DNA of 64,000 nt from Eledone cirrhosa. Taxonomy: Eukaryota. How positions within the stretch are numbered: position 1 is the stretch's first letter; each line of letters begins with the position of its first letter. The stretch is from assembly GCA_964016885.1 (NCBI GenBank), contig OZ024753.1:27404001-27468000 (forward strand), read 5' to 3'. Position numbers and translations under genes: made by a program. Shown piece by piece: positions 14,396-27,585 of the stretch. Under the pieces are notes generated by a model. It was given only the letters and a program-made list of their open reading frames with translations, made no database searches and had not been told where the DNA came from.

Positions 14396-15501
14396 GGCTA
14401 TAACACCCCACTTGCCGATTTTGCAATGGGTAACCCTGCTTGCCAAGGAAGACGTAAGATCTTCTTTGTATTCTTTTATCGCTTCCTTTATTTCATTCCC
14501 CCCCTCTCTCCTTTGTCCTTCTACCCCAGCTCTTCTCCTTTGTCGGCTTCTTTTCTCGCCCACCCGAGGCTGCCCTTTAGCCCCATGTAGCCTTAGTACC
14601 CCCACCACCCCCTCCCCTAGTCTATGATAGATTTGGCGGACTCCGCCCTTTATAGCAGTTGGCTTAGACCCCGGATACTTGCCCCCTCTTTCCGACCGCT
14701 CCCACTATTCTCTGTGCCCTCTATATTTCTTAGTGGCACTTATGCCTTATTTTTTCGTTTCAGTATTTCTTGCTTCGCTTTTCTTCTGGGCGGGGTGGAT
14801 TCTGAATTTATTTCTCCGTATTCTACCTTTATTTCGTACGAACTTTCTTGTAGCTTGTTTTAGATCTTTTAGAGTTAGCATTAGTATATATTTTTCTCGG
14901 GACTCAGAATTATTATCTCGTACAAGTTCACTTTGCTGCACTGGGTCGTTGCTGGCCCGGGACGGAAACCTTTATTGTTTATTTCGTGGTAGTCTCTTTA
15001 GTATTTTGGCCCCTTTTGTTGACCCGTCACCGTATCATTTACGTACTTATACCTCTTAAAAGGGTCCTTGCCTATCCGTCCCACCTAGTTCTTTTACTTA
15101 TTTCGTTATTTATTTATTTATTTATTTCTTTACTTCTTTCTTTCTTTCTTTATTTTATTCTAGCCTAACAATAGCCTGACACCTTGGTCGTAGAATTTAA
15201 TTTACTTTACTTTTTTCTTTACACTTATTTGCTCCTCTTCTCTCTCAGTATTTTTTCTTTCCTAGATACTTCTACCCCCCTTTGTTCTACCTACCGTTCC
15301 GGTTTCCTCCCCCTCCCCCTCCCCTGTATCTTCTTTGACCTCATGCCCAGCTGTAGCTGGCACTACCAACGCTTGATTGGGTCTACTCCACCCCCTCCCC
15401 TCTTTCTCCTACTGGCAGGTTTAGCCACCATCTCCCCTACTAATTTGCAACCACAGAATTACTACTGATTTTTGACAATCACTTTGACCATATATGGAAT
15501 T

Positions 15502-15595
15502 ACCCCTTGAGAAGATCGGCTATTTAAATACCAGGATAAATTTTCATTTAGTCCAGAATTAGCCGTCGAAACGGCTTCAGCTCAGCTGTCGGGGT
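15502..15595 (+). ncRNA. Type I HHR with compensatory U3-A8 core
   Basis: ACCCC-TTGAGAA-GA(T)CGGCTA..TAGCCGTC-GAAA-CGGC ttcagctca GCTG-TC-GGGGT. An inverted copy lies at about 12593-12686. Confidence 0.75.
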
Positions 15596-15697
15596 CTTAC
15601 TGGTTCCTATTACCCACTCTACTACCTCAAGTATTGAGTACTTTGGTGCGTTATGGTCCACCTGGTTCCTTACCACTTTTCCTTCGTTATATAATAT

Positions 15698-15804
<107 letters not shown>

Positions 15805-15889
15805 TATATATAATATATATATATATATAATATATATATATATATATAATATATATAATATATATATATGTAATATATATATATATATA

Positions 15890-16066
15890 ATTTTCACCGC
15901 TCCTATTAATGACGTAGTATCGTCTTCCTGTCTTCCTCCGGTTGCAACGTTTTTTGAAATATCCAGTTCTGCGTTTACAGATTGACTTTGTTAGTTTCAG
16001 AAGATCCCGTTAAGGGTGAAAGCAGCGATTCTTTGCTTAAACTTTAATCTTTTATTTTAATAAATA
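15890..16066 (+). mobile_element. Family A 3' terminal fragment including the HHR (15977-16050)
   Basis: Matches the reverse complement of 4856-5080, with an internal deletion. Confidence 0.8.
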
Positions 16067-16092
16067 TATATAATGTATATAAAAATATATAT

Positions 16093-16767
16093 ATAAACGG
16101 AAAAAATGAAACGAAATTTCATTTCCCACTCTTAGTACGGCTGTTACTTAAATATAAGTATGTACACGTACATACATATATGTATACAGACGTACAGTAG
16201 TATGTATATATATATGTACGTATGGATTCACCGAACATTTATTATAATGCTCAGTGTGTTTGTAAACAAACATCCCGTATTAAGCCGTAGTGTCCAGCAA
16301 CCATCGTTGCTCGTTTGTTGAACACTGACAAAGTAACGCTGTACTAGTTTCAAGCTTATTAGCTATCGTCAGCAACGTATACCTTCCTGCCAGATTGTTT
16401 AACGTATATACTTACCTTATGCATATTAACAGCTGAGAAGCCCAATTTGCATATCGAGTGGGTTTACCGGCCGGGTGCACCGAAAACGATAAACGGAAAA
16501 AATGAAACGAAATTTCATTTCCCACTCTTAGTACGGCTGTTACTTAAATATAAGTATGTACACGTACATACATATATGTATACAGACGTACAGTAGTATG
16601 TATATATATATGTACGTATGGATTCACCGAACATTTATTATAATGCTCAGTGTGTTTGTAAACAAACATCCCGTATTAAGCCGTAGTGTCCAGCAACCAT
16701 CGTTGCTCGTTTGTTGAACACTGACAAAGGAACGCTGTACTAGTTTCAAGCTTATTAGCTATCGTCA
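16093..16767 (-). mobile_element. ORF-less HHR tandem repeat, 396-bp unit x1.7
   Basis: ATAAACGGAAAAAATGAAACG at 16093 and 16489. It is a diverged relative of 7451-7968. Confidence 0.8.
16336..16378 (-). ncRNA. Minimal type I HHR
   Basis: ACGTTG-CTGACGA-T-AGCT aata AGCT-T-GAAA-CTAG-TA-CAGCGT. Helix I covaries with the 7807 copy. Confidence 0.85.
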
Positions 16768-16789
16768 TATATATATATATATATATATA

Positions 16790-17271
16790 TATTGGTAAAC
16801 GGAATAGAAAATGCTGACAAATTGTTCACAGTTGAAAAATGGTTTAATTAGGAATAAAAGAGTATTAGTGATTGTATGGGTTAGTATTCAGTTGTGGTTT
16901 AAAGTTTTAAAGTTTTTACCGGTTGCGCATTTCTAAATGCTTTTCAAAAATAATTTTGAGATAGAGTGTCCGTGCTGTTTGCTCTGATCTGATTAGTTTT
17001 GGGAATTCTACCTGTTTTTATGTTAAAAAAATGGCTCCAGCGTTATTTTTGTGTTGCAAAAATGCTTGTGGTCAAAACAATTTTGATTGGTCGGTAGAGG
17101 TCATGTGAATGTAAAAAGTTGATTTTGCGCCAAGACTGTTTTTATGTTAAAATGTTAGAAAAGTGGCTCCAGCAAAAATTATGGTCAAAACAATTTTGAT
17201 TGGTCGGTAGAGGTCATGTGGATAAAAAATTGGTTTTGCGCCAAGATTGAGAAATGACTCTTTCACAACAA

Positions 17272-17349
<78 letters not shown>

Positions 17350-17423
17350 TAGTAGTAGTAGTAAGGTGTTCGATGCTGCGACAATAGCCACCAGCGATGT
17401 GTGTCAAATGGCTATTAAGATAA

Positions 17424-17455
<32 letters not shown>

Positions 17456-17582
17456 GTGGGTGGACCAGTATTTTTTTCCCCCCTGGTAAAATGGTGTACA
17501 TTATTCGATTTTTTCAGTAAAATCGGTTCTCTTAATAGAACATCAACAATCTTAACAATAAAAGGTGTGAAATGATATTCAC

Positions 17583-17629
<47 letters not shown>

Positions 17630-17632
17630 TTT

Positions 17633-17669
<37 letters not shown>

Positions 17670-19064
17670 TACATACATATATATGCACATATATTTTTTT
17701 GTATTGCACCATAGAGCATGTGTGTTTACGTGTGTCATTGTGTTTATATGTGGGTAGAGATGTGTGCTGATGTAGGTATGTATGTTGACGTGTGTATGTT
17801 GTGGGTTCGTCTTAGGGAGAAGTGTTTAGACGGGGTCCGTATTTGTTAATGAAGTAAGATTCCTTGCTGATGCGCTGGGTGTGGGTGGCATTATCTTTAA
17901 ATTTGTAGAGGGGAAAGATTCTGAAGTTGGGATGATTTTGGGCGGCGCAGGTATCAATGTGTTCACTCAGTGGTATTTTCCTGTATTCCCGTATTTTAAT
18001 TTGGGATCTATGGGCAGTCATGCGTTGGCGGAGGCTGTTTTTGGTCTGGCCTATGTATTGTTCTCGACAACCTGAACAAGTTAATACATATATTAAATTT
18101 TCCGATGCACCTGTGAAATTGTGTTTTACTATAAAACGTTGTCCATCTTTGAAATAGAATTCCGAACCCTCTATTAGGTTGATGCAAATGCCACAGTTGG
18201 GTCTATCGCATTTTTTTACTGTGGGTTTCGTTGTTGTGGTTGGCAGTACTTTGGCATGTGTTAAGATGTTTTTCATTGACTTGGATTGTCTTTTGCTCTT
18301 TATGATATCGTGTGTTCGTAGAATTTGGTTCATTCTATGGTCCTTTTTCAATACAGGGATGTTCTGGAGGATGGTGTCAAAGGCCTCGTTGTTGAGGGGG
18401 TTGTGTGTGGAGATGTATGGAAGAGCTTTTAGTTTTGGTTGATTTACTTTAGGGTGTCTAAGGTCCTGGGTACTGAGTTTTAGGGCACGTTGGATTCCAT
18501 TGTCAATTAGTGATGCAGGGTAGTCCCTGCCTATGAGTGTGTCCTTTAGTTCTTGTAGCCGTAAGTAGCAGATGTTTTTATTGGAGACTATAGTACAGAT
18601 TCTCTTGGCTAAGTTGTAGGGAATATTAATTTTAACGTGTCTAGGGTGGCAAGAGTTGAAGGGGAGGTATTGCTTGGAGTCTGTGGGCTTGTAGTATATG
18701 TCTGTTTCTATTTTTTTGTTATGGATCTTAATGAGGATGTCGAGGAAGGGGAGTTGTTGATGGCTGTATTCCATCGTGAAGTTAATATTTGTGTTGAGCC
18801 CATTTATAAGGGTGTGAAATTCTTTAAGTTTTTCGATGTTTTCGTGCCATATATATATAGTGAATATCATTTCACACCTTTCACACCTTTTATTGTTAAG
18901 ATTGTTGATGTTCTATTAAGAGAACCGATTTTACTGAAAAAATCGAATAATGTACACCATTTTACCAGGGGGGAAAAAAATACTGGTCCACCCACACACG
19001 CACACACACACACACATATATACACAAACACATACACACGCGTACATCAACATACAAAGAGACT

Positions 19065-19101
<37 letters not shown>

Positions 19102-19168
19102 TTCTCCGTATAAGACAAAAGCTGAAAAATATCTTTTGACCTTCGAATGACTCTGCTGTGTGTATGTA

Positions 19169-19203
<35 letters not shown>

Positions 19204-19272
19204 ATCTTAATAGCCATTTGACACACATCGCTGGTGGCTATTGTCGCAGCATCGAACACCTTACTACTACTA

Positions 19273-19350
<78 letters not shown>

Positions 19351-19865
19351 TTGTTGTGAAAGAGTCATTTCTCAATCTTGGCGCAAAACCAATTTTTTAT
19401 CCACATGACCTCTACCGACCAATCAAAATTGTTTTGACCATAATTTTTGCTGGAGCCACTTTTCTAACATTTTAACATAAAAACAGTCTTGGCGCAAAAT
19501 CAACTTTTTACATTCACATGACCTCTACCGACCAATCAAAATTGTTTTGACCACAAGCATTTTTGCAACACAAAACTAACGCTGGAGCCATTTTTTTAAC
19601 ATAAAAACAGGTAGAATTCCCAAAACTAATCAGATCAGAGCAAACAGCACGGACACTCTATCTCAAAATTATTTTTGAAAAGCATTTAGAAATGCGCAAC
19701 CGGTAAAAACTTAAAAACTTTAAACCACAACTGAATACTAACCCATACAATCACTAATACTCTTTTATTCCTAATTAAACCATTTTTCAACTGTGAACAA
19801 TTTGTCAGCATTTTCTATTCCGTTTACCAATATATAATAACTTGTGTGTTACACCTCTATTCTTT

Positions 19866-19872
<7 letters not shown>
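16790..19872 (-). mobile_element. Neptune-like PLE with a long inverted 5' UTR copy
   Basis: 16790-17590 and 18853-19833 are inverted copies flanking the ORF remnant. Confidence 0.85.
17812..18849 (-). CDS. Neptune-like RT thumb plus GIY-YIG, 5'-truncated, open frame
   Basis: LPFLDI, SCHPRHVKINIPY, CDRPNCGIC, NLIYVLTC..YIGQT. Confidence 0.85.
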   Translation of the reverse strand, partial: WHENIEKLKEFHTLINGLNTNINFTMEYSHQQLPFLDILIKIHNKKIETDIYYKPTDSKQYLPFNSCHPRHVKINIPYNLAKRICTIVSNKNICYLRLQELKDTLIGRDYPASLIDNGIQRALKLSTQDLRHPKVNQPKLKALPYISTHNPLNNEAFDTILQNIPVLKKDHRMNQILRTHDIIKSKRQSKSMKNILTHAKVLPTTTTKPTVKKCDRPNCGICINLIEGSEFYFKDGQRFIVKHNFTGASENLIYVLTCSGCREQYIGQTKNSLRQRMTAHRSQIKIREYRKIPLSEHIDTCAAQNHPNFRIFPLYKFKDNATHTQRISKESYFINKYGPRLNTSP

Positions 19873-19950
<78 letters not shown>

Positions 19951-19951
<1 letters not shown>

Positions 19952-20692
19952 TATATATTACACAAAGAGAAATGTGTTACACAGTGAGAAGTGTGTAAAG
20001 AATTATATACTTGCATTTGAGCTCGGAAGGAAATTCTCTATTCTTCTTTGAGCTAATAATATTATTATTATTATTATTATTACAGTGTACTGTGGAATAC
20101 TCTTAATTCCGATTTTTGTATAATTAATGAGCTCCAAATTGTTGAGCTAATAATTCGCATGGTTGGGCTGCACTTTCTAGCATCTTCGCCAATCCATGAG
20201 AGCCGTTATTTGATTCGAATAACACGTGATTTCGCCGACTCTGGCCCGCGTGTCTTGTTGCAATCTCTCTAGCTATGAAGGTTAGATGTACAGGTTTCAG
20301 TCTCGCATTTTGCTGACTGATGATCCATGTGGACTGTTATACTACACATATAGGTGGTGACACATATAAGTGGTGAAACGAAACTAGGTTCGTATCAGCG
20401 AAATACAGTTATAAGGTTTGTGATTTAAAATTCCAATCCAGAGATTTGATTCTGATCTGGTTTTTTTCTTTTTAATTGCTTACCTGTAGATATTGTTCCA
20501 TATACAGTAACGGTAAAATCACTTGTAATAATTCTTTACACACTTCTCACTGTGTAACACATTTCTCTTTGTGTAATATATACTTGCATTTGAGCTCGGA
20601 AGGAAATTCTCTATTCTTCTTTGAGCTAATAATATTATTATTATTATTATTACAGTGAACTGCGGAATACTTTTAATTCCTATTTTTGTATA
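19951..20692 (+). mobile_element. ORF-less HHR element: 573-bp unit x1.2 with a 5' inversion
   Basis: 20005-20122 is repeated at 20578-20692. 19951-20006 is the reverse complement of 20528-20583. Confidence 0.75.
20308..20403 (+). ncRNA. Type I HHR
   Basis: TTTTGCTGA-CTGATGA-T-CCA..TGG-T-GAAA-CGAA actagg TTCG-TA-TCAGCGAAA. Confidence 0.85.
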
Positions 20693-20708
20693 TATATATA
20701 TATATATA

Positions 20709-20863
<155 letters not shown>

Positions 20864-20880
20864 TAATATATATAATATAT

Positions 20881-20923
<43 letters not shown>

Positions 20924-20987
20924 TAATATATTTCGTTTCTGAATTTGTTTAGCAAGATTCTTTATCTGAAATCGTGTGTTGAAACCG

Positions 20988-21143
20988 ATATTGTTATACT
21001 TTGGGAGGGTCATGTTGCCAATAAGAAACTTGCCAATAAGAAATTTGTAAATTTATAAATATATAATAAATTAAATTGAAGTGAAAGCAACTGGTGCGTG
21101 TGTTTCTTATTGGCAACATGACCCTCCCAAAGTATAACAATAT
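20988..21143. repeat. Fold-back of a pLTR terminus (family F end), about 42-bp arms
   Basis: attgttatactttgggagggtcatgttgccaataagaaac and its reverse complement. The same sequence occurs at 40600. Confidence 0.8.
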
Positions 21144-21152
21144 ATAATATAT

Positions 21153-21192
<40 letters not shown>

Positions 21193-21479
21193 ACAATTAA
21201 GTTAAAAAATGTACATCTACATATGCATACTGAAATACTAGTGTGTATATGAATACACACACGTATACATATGTAGGTGTACCAAGTCTTTCACTGGTCG
21301 CTTTACAGTGAGCGGCCCAGCTATTCTGTATGTAAACACACAGTCAAACCGGTTTTTAGAGTCATACTGGTTTTTGGGGGAACACCTTCCCCCTATTCTC
21401 CAGAAAGCCAGACAAGGAATATTGAACTAGTTTCGTTGTTGTTACAACTCATCAGCAATATTTACCTATCTACCGGCCT

Positions 21480-23135
21480 TTCTGGAGAATTGTAAAAGCA
21501 CATATCGTTATATGCTTTTTCTATGAAAATTAGTCTGTTTCTTCTATTGTTTCTAGGGTTTACGTTATTAGTGTTTTGGCCGTTTACTCTAGGTGTTACA
21601 TGTCTAACCCTATGTCTAGTCAAGCTATTCCTATTATTATGTGAGCGGTTGGAGTAAAAATTACTAGGATTGTTTATGTTGTCCTTATTCACTATATACT
21701 GTAGTTTATCTTTATGACCGGCCCTACCTAATGCTGCATTATAATAGTCAGCATGTTCGTTAAAGATTTCTAGGTTTGAGGATAGGCGGGATATTCGGAG
21801 GGATATACTACGTGCTATGGATTTAATTATGGATTTGGGGTGATTTGAGTTGTAACTAATGTAGGCAAGATTTTCATTATTTTTGTGGAAAGGTTCTATT
21901 AATCCAGTATTTAGATTTAGAGTTACATCTAGAAAATTTACCTTCTTATGGTTTAGTTCGTAGGTAATACTTAGGCCTAGTTTTTTGAAGAATATTCTAA
22001 TATTTTTCCTTAGTCTTTCCATGCTCTGGTTGTTTAGGTTCCTAGCTATAAGTAACGTGTCGTCCCTATAAATTCCTCCTTGGAGGTTACTGAATTCCTT
22101 ATATAGGTTGTGTGCTATGAATAACCCCACGATATCTGTAATTTGCGCAGAATCATTTGATCCCATTGTAATATCGAAGTTATTTATTCTATCCTTTCTT
22201 ACGCAGTAGTTATTTTCAAATTTTACGATAGTCCTTGTAGCCGCTATTATTATTTCAATTTCATCATGGGTAAGATCAGAGTTATTTTGGGCAAATATAA
22301 GCGCCTTATCTAGGGTAGCTGGGGATATGAATGCATAATAGTCGTCTATATCAAATTGTATGAAGTTATACGTCTCCCTATTTTGTATTTTATTGAACCA
22401 TTTAATTGCCTCGTTAGTGTTGCCCCATAAATTGATTTCTAGTGTACATGTGCACTGTCATCTCGGGTAACTCCACCTGGAATTACTTAGGATCCACCGC
22501 GGGTTCTTTTAAGAAAAGATGGTATGTGCACAGGCACTCAATGAAAAACCGTGCACTTATGGGTTCCACCACCCTCGCCAGAAAAATATGGGAATTGAAG
22601 GACAGCAACACTAACTACACTATCAACTGGTCGAAGTTGTCGGCTGCTAAAACCTATAGTACAGGGATGTCCTATTGCGGGCTGTGTGATCTTGAGCTAT
22701 TGTATATCCTTAGAAATGTTAAAAGGCTACTTAATAATAAGTTAGAAAGATCTATCTTCTGCAGACATAGAATAGCCACTAAATTCATAAGATTCAAACC
22801 TCCGTGAATCGAACCAACATAACATAGCTTTAAATTAGGATACCTACTACCCACAGAAATATATTCATTAAGTATACTATATCCTTCACAAGTCTATACC
22901 ACACAATTGTCTGTAAGTACCTCATCTACCAACAATCTTACTCCTTCTCAGCTGCTGCAATCATTTGATCCTAGATCCTAGTTTTTCTCATTTCACTACT
23001 ACAATGTTACTTTACCTTCTTTTTGCCATAATTACAATTAGCACGCTTTTCTCTTTGCATGTATGTATATTTGTGTACGAGTGTATATTGATGTGTATGT
23101 ATGTGTCTATGTACACATGCATGTGTATATATATT

Positions 23136-23167
<32 letters not shown>

Positions 23168-23669
23168 CGTAGATATATGCGTATATTAATTCGTTAACCT
23201 CTGTATTAACTCTGCAACTATTGAGCTTTGACAGTGGTCCCACTCATGTATACTGTTGAAGATGAAGAGAAAGACTGTAAAAACTAGCTTATCTTTATAA
23301 TTTAAAATTGATATACACTACGATACTTTTTGCCTTATGACAGCTGGTTTTCACGCCGTAACATTAGATACATTATATACCCCCCACCTAAGTAATGTCA
23401 GGGTCTCCTTAAATAGTTTATTGATAGCATTGTTGTAATTGTTTTTATTGTTCTAATTGAATGCCATTACTACTCCATATAGTAGCCTGTATTTTTTTTC
23501 TTTTCTTGCCTGTGTATTTTCTTCATTCTCGCATGCTCCGAAGATCTGACTAGTTATAATTCTGTATTGGCGGATAGCGATCTGTAGACATACCAGTTCA
23601 GTGAAACAAATGTAAGCTATGTGATTAAAAACTTTTTTGTATAGCAAACCATGTAAACCTTCTTTCCTG

Positions 23670-23672
<3 letters not shown>
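21480..23672. mobile_element. Naiad-like PLE family D: RT inverted (-) joined to EN plus 3' UTR (+)
   Basis: The minus strand of 21480-22440 encodes FIQFDI, MGSNDSAQITDIVG, GIYRDD. The plus strand of 22442-22807 encodes YLGST..CGLC..CRH. Confidence 0.85.
23529..23624 (+). ncRNA. Type I HHR with U4C core
   Basis: TCGCATGCT-CCGAAGA-T-CTGA..TCAG-T-GAAA-CA aa TG-TA-AGC(T)ATGTGA. Confidence 0.7.
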
Positions 23673-24557
<885 letters not shown>

Positions 24558-25024
24558 AGCTGCGGCGTTGCAAATGGGTTACATATGAAAAAGTTTGTCC
24601 TTCATCAGTGGTCTTCCAACCGTCATAGGCATTTCATCGCTTTAAAGACCATATACCTCAGGTTGGTGCGAGCAACGGCTAAAAAAAGTCGTTGGGACAC
24701 GTAAATAAAGGGGACGCTAGGGTAAACAAACAAAATGGTTTAAGCAACAGAAAGTGATGAAGGAAGAGACAAGTCCCAGATTTCTATGAATATAAATTCG
24801 GTGAAATCGTGAACGAGAGAATAAAGACCATCAAACCTGGTTGAAATGTGAGCAAGGAAGGAATTTCGCACAGGTCTAACGGGAGGAAGAAGGGGTCTGG
24901 TCTATATATATATATATATATATTACATATATATATATATTATATATATATATATATATTATATATATATATATTATACACATATATATATATATTATAT
25001 ATATATATATATATATATTATATA

Positions 25025-25260
25025 TCGTCTTCCTGTCTTTCTCCGGTTGCAACGTTTTTTGAAATATCCACTTCTGCGTTTACAGATTGACTTTGTTAGT
25101 TTCAGAAGATCCCGTTAAGAGTGAAAGCAGCGATTGTTTTCTTAAACTTTAATCTGTTATTTTAATAAATATTTGCTCTACGGTTCTTACATATTTGATA
25201 TATATTTATCCTTATCGAGCCCTCTTTGGATTTTATTCTTCAAATTTATTATTATTACTA
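25025..25260 (+). mobile_element. Family A 3' terminal fragment with a degenerate HHR
   Basis: Matches the reverse complement of 4768-5002. Confidence 0.8.
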
Positions 25261-25323
25261 TATATATATTATATATATTATATATATTATATATATTTAT
25301 ATATATTATATATATATATATTA

Positions 25324-25373
<50 letters not shown>

Positions 25374-25439
25374 ACTATATATATATATTATATATATATA
25401 TATATTATATATATATATATATTATATATATTATATATA

Positions 25440-25486
<47 letters not shown>

Positions 25487-25596
25487 ATATATTTATATTA
25501 CATTATATATATATATATATTATATATTATATATATATATATATTATATATATATTATATATGAATATATACATATAATTATATATATATACATAT

Positions 25597-25654
<58 letters not shown>

Positions 25655-25670
25655 ATAGTATATATATATA

Positions 25671-25733
<63 letters not shown>

Positions 25734-25736
25734 ATA

Positions 25737-25776
<40 letters not shown>

Positions 25777-25926
25777 AAGATGAATATAAAATGAAAGTGC
25801 TTTTTTTTTAAAAAGGAATTTATTAGGTATTGACATATGTTTCTGTAACAGACGGAATACCTATGTATCGCTGCTTGCGTAATCATATAATACTTCAATT
25901 TTTCTGATTTTTTCCAATTTATCCAA

Positions 25927-26043
25927 TATCTCTGAAGAAGTGACAACTGATTATACATTTGCTATCGAATACTTTCTAACATTATATGATTACCAAGCAC
26001 CGATACATAGGTATTCCGTCTGTTACAGAAACATATGTCAATA
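25927..26043 (+). ncRNA. Type I HHR with a long stem II insertion
   Basis: CTGAAGA-A-GTGACA..(about 75 nt)..TGTTAC-A-GAAA-CATATG-TC-AATA. Helix I is imperfect. Confidence 0.55.
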
Positions 26044-26254
26044 CCTAATAAATTCCTTTTTAAAAAAAAACACTTTCATTTTATATTCATCTTTTCTACA
26101 TTTTCTCCGGAATATAATTTATACTCGTTGAGCAAACCTACACGTACGCTGTTCATCTCTAACGTGACGATATATTATCACTACATTATTGATAACCTGA
26201 AATTTTAATAATCTCCTATACAGTTGAGCAACTAATTCAGCATACGCCTCTAAA

Positions 26255-27585
26255 ATGAAAAGGCACCAATTGGATATGTCGTTAAAAAACATACCTATTC
26301 AGGCAAAAAAGGAATATATTCTAGGTATGATACGAAGGACCAATGATTTTATTCGACGAATCAGATGGAAAACATTCCATTTTGACAAAAGCCGTATAAA
26401 CCAAACATCGGATCTTAACAAGGATAAATTTGGATTTAAATGTTACAAAAACCCACCCTCAAACCCTCTTCTGGGTGCATTTGAACAAGACCTAATGGAT
26501 ATGATCATGGAGATCAAATTTACAAAACAGAAAAACAATAAACTACAGAATGACATCACGGCACTGCTCAATAATCTAAACAATGCCAATGGAATTATTG
26601 TTAGAGCAGACAAAACATCAAACGTATATACCATGGATGTGGACACTTACAATAACTTCAACCGTAAGGAATTGCATAAAAAATACAAGAAAACTAATGA
26701 AGCTACACTTAAAAACATCAACAACTCGGCATGTGAAATTGTTAAAAAACTTTGTATTGACAATAGAAGGCAACCCTTAACACCAGCTACACCATCCTTC
26801 AACCTGAAGGACCACAAGGTAAACTTCGATACTGACCCTAAAATTAGACTTATATGCCCCTCTAAATTTGATATAGGCAAAATTAGCAAATATATACTAG
26901 ACAGAATTATCCCCCAAGTTAAGGCTAAAGTAGATATTAAACTATGGGGTAACACCCATGAGGCAATAAGATGGTTTAATAGCATTACTGATAAGAAAAA
27001 ATCAAAATTTATTCAGTTCGATATTGATGAATATTATTCTTCAATTTCACCTGATACTCTACATGAAGCTCTTTCGTTCGCTAAGGCTAATTCCGACCTT
27101 ACGGATGCTGAGATTAATATTATTATGGAAGCTAGGAAAACTATTGTTAAATTTGATGATAGCTACTGGGTTCGCAAGGATAGACCTTCTAATTTTGATA
27201 TTACTATGGGTTCCAATGATTCGGCGGAAGTAACTGATCTTGTGGGATTTATATCACCCACAGACTACAAGGAAAATTCAAGGATCTCCACGGTGGAATC
27301 TACCGTGACGATGCGCTCCTAATAGTTAAGCATATGAATAACCAGAATTTAGAAAGGATGCGTAAAAATACCAGAAAGCTTTTTAAGGAACTAGGATTAA
27401 ATATTACATTTGAATATAACCTCAAAGAGGTTAATTTCCTTGATGTTACTTTGAATCTCAATACAGAAACAATTAAACCGTTCCATAAACTAAATGAGAA
27501 CCTTAAATATGTATATACGAGTTCTAACCATCCACCCTCTATAATTAAATCCATCCCTAGAAATATTTCCCTTAGAATCTCCCGT
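26255..27585 (+). pseudogene. Naiad-like RT N-terminal to thumb, frameshifted near 27250
   Basis: ORFs 26255-27322 and 27334-27600 align with the intact 773-aa ORF. Confidence 0.85.

Larger units (their letters stand above)
12578..15690 (+). mobile_element. Naiad-like PLE family C with an inverted 5' pLTR
   Basis: 12578-12951 is the reverse complement of 15237-15610. ORF 12956-14395 lies between them, and the element is flanked by (TA)n. Confidence 0.9.
25772..27585 (+). mobile_element. Naiad-like PLE family X: inverted end, HHR, 5' UTR and RT, truncated in the thumb
   Basis: 25772-25890 is the reverse complement of 25981-26098. The ORF begins MKRHQLDMSLKNIP and contains ADKT, LKDHK, RLICP and FIQFDI. 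It is frameshifted before GIYRDD. Confidence 0.85.

Noticed and set aside
24570-24615. Minus-strand CTGATGA
   Set aside because: No stem II or GAAA could be assembled.
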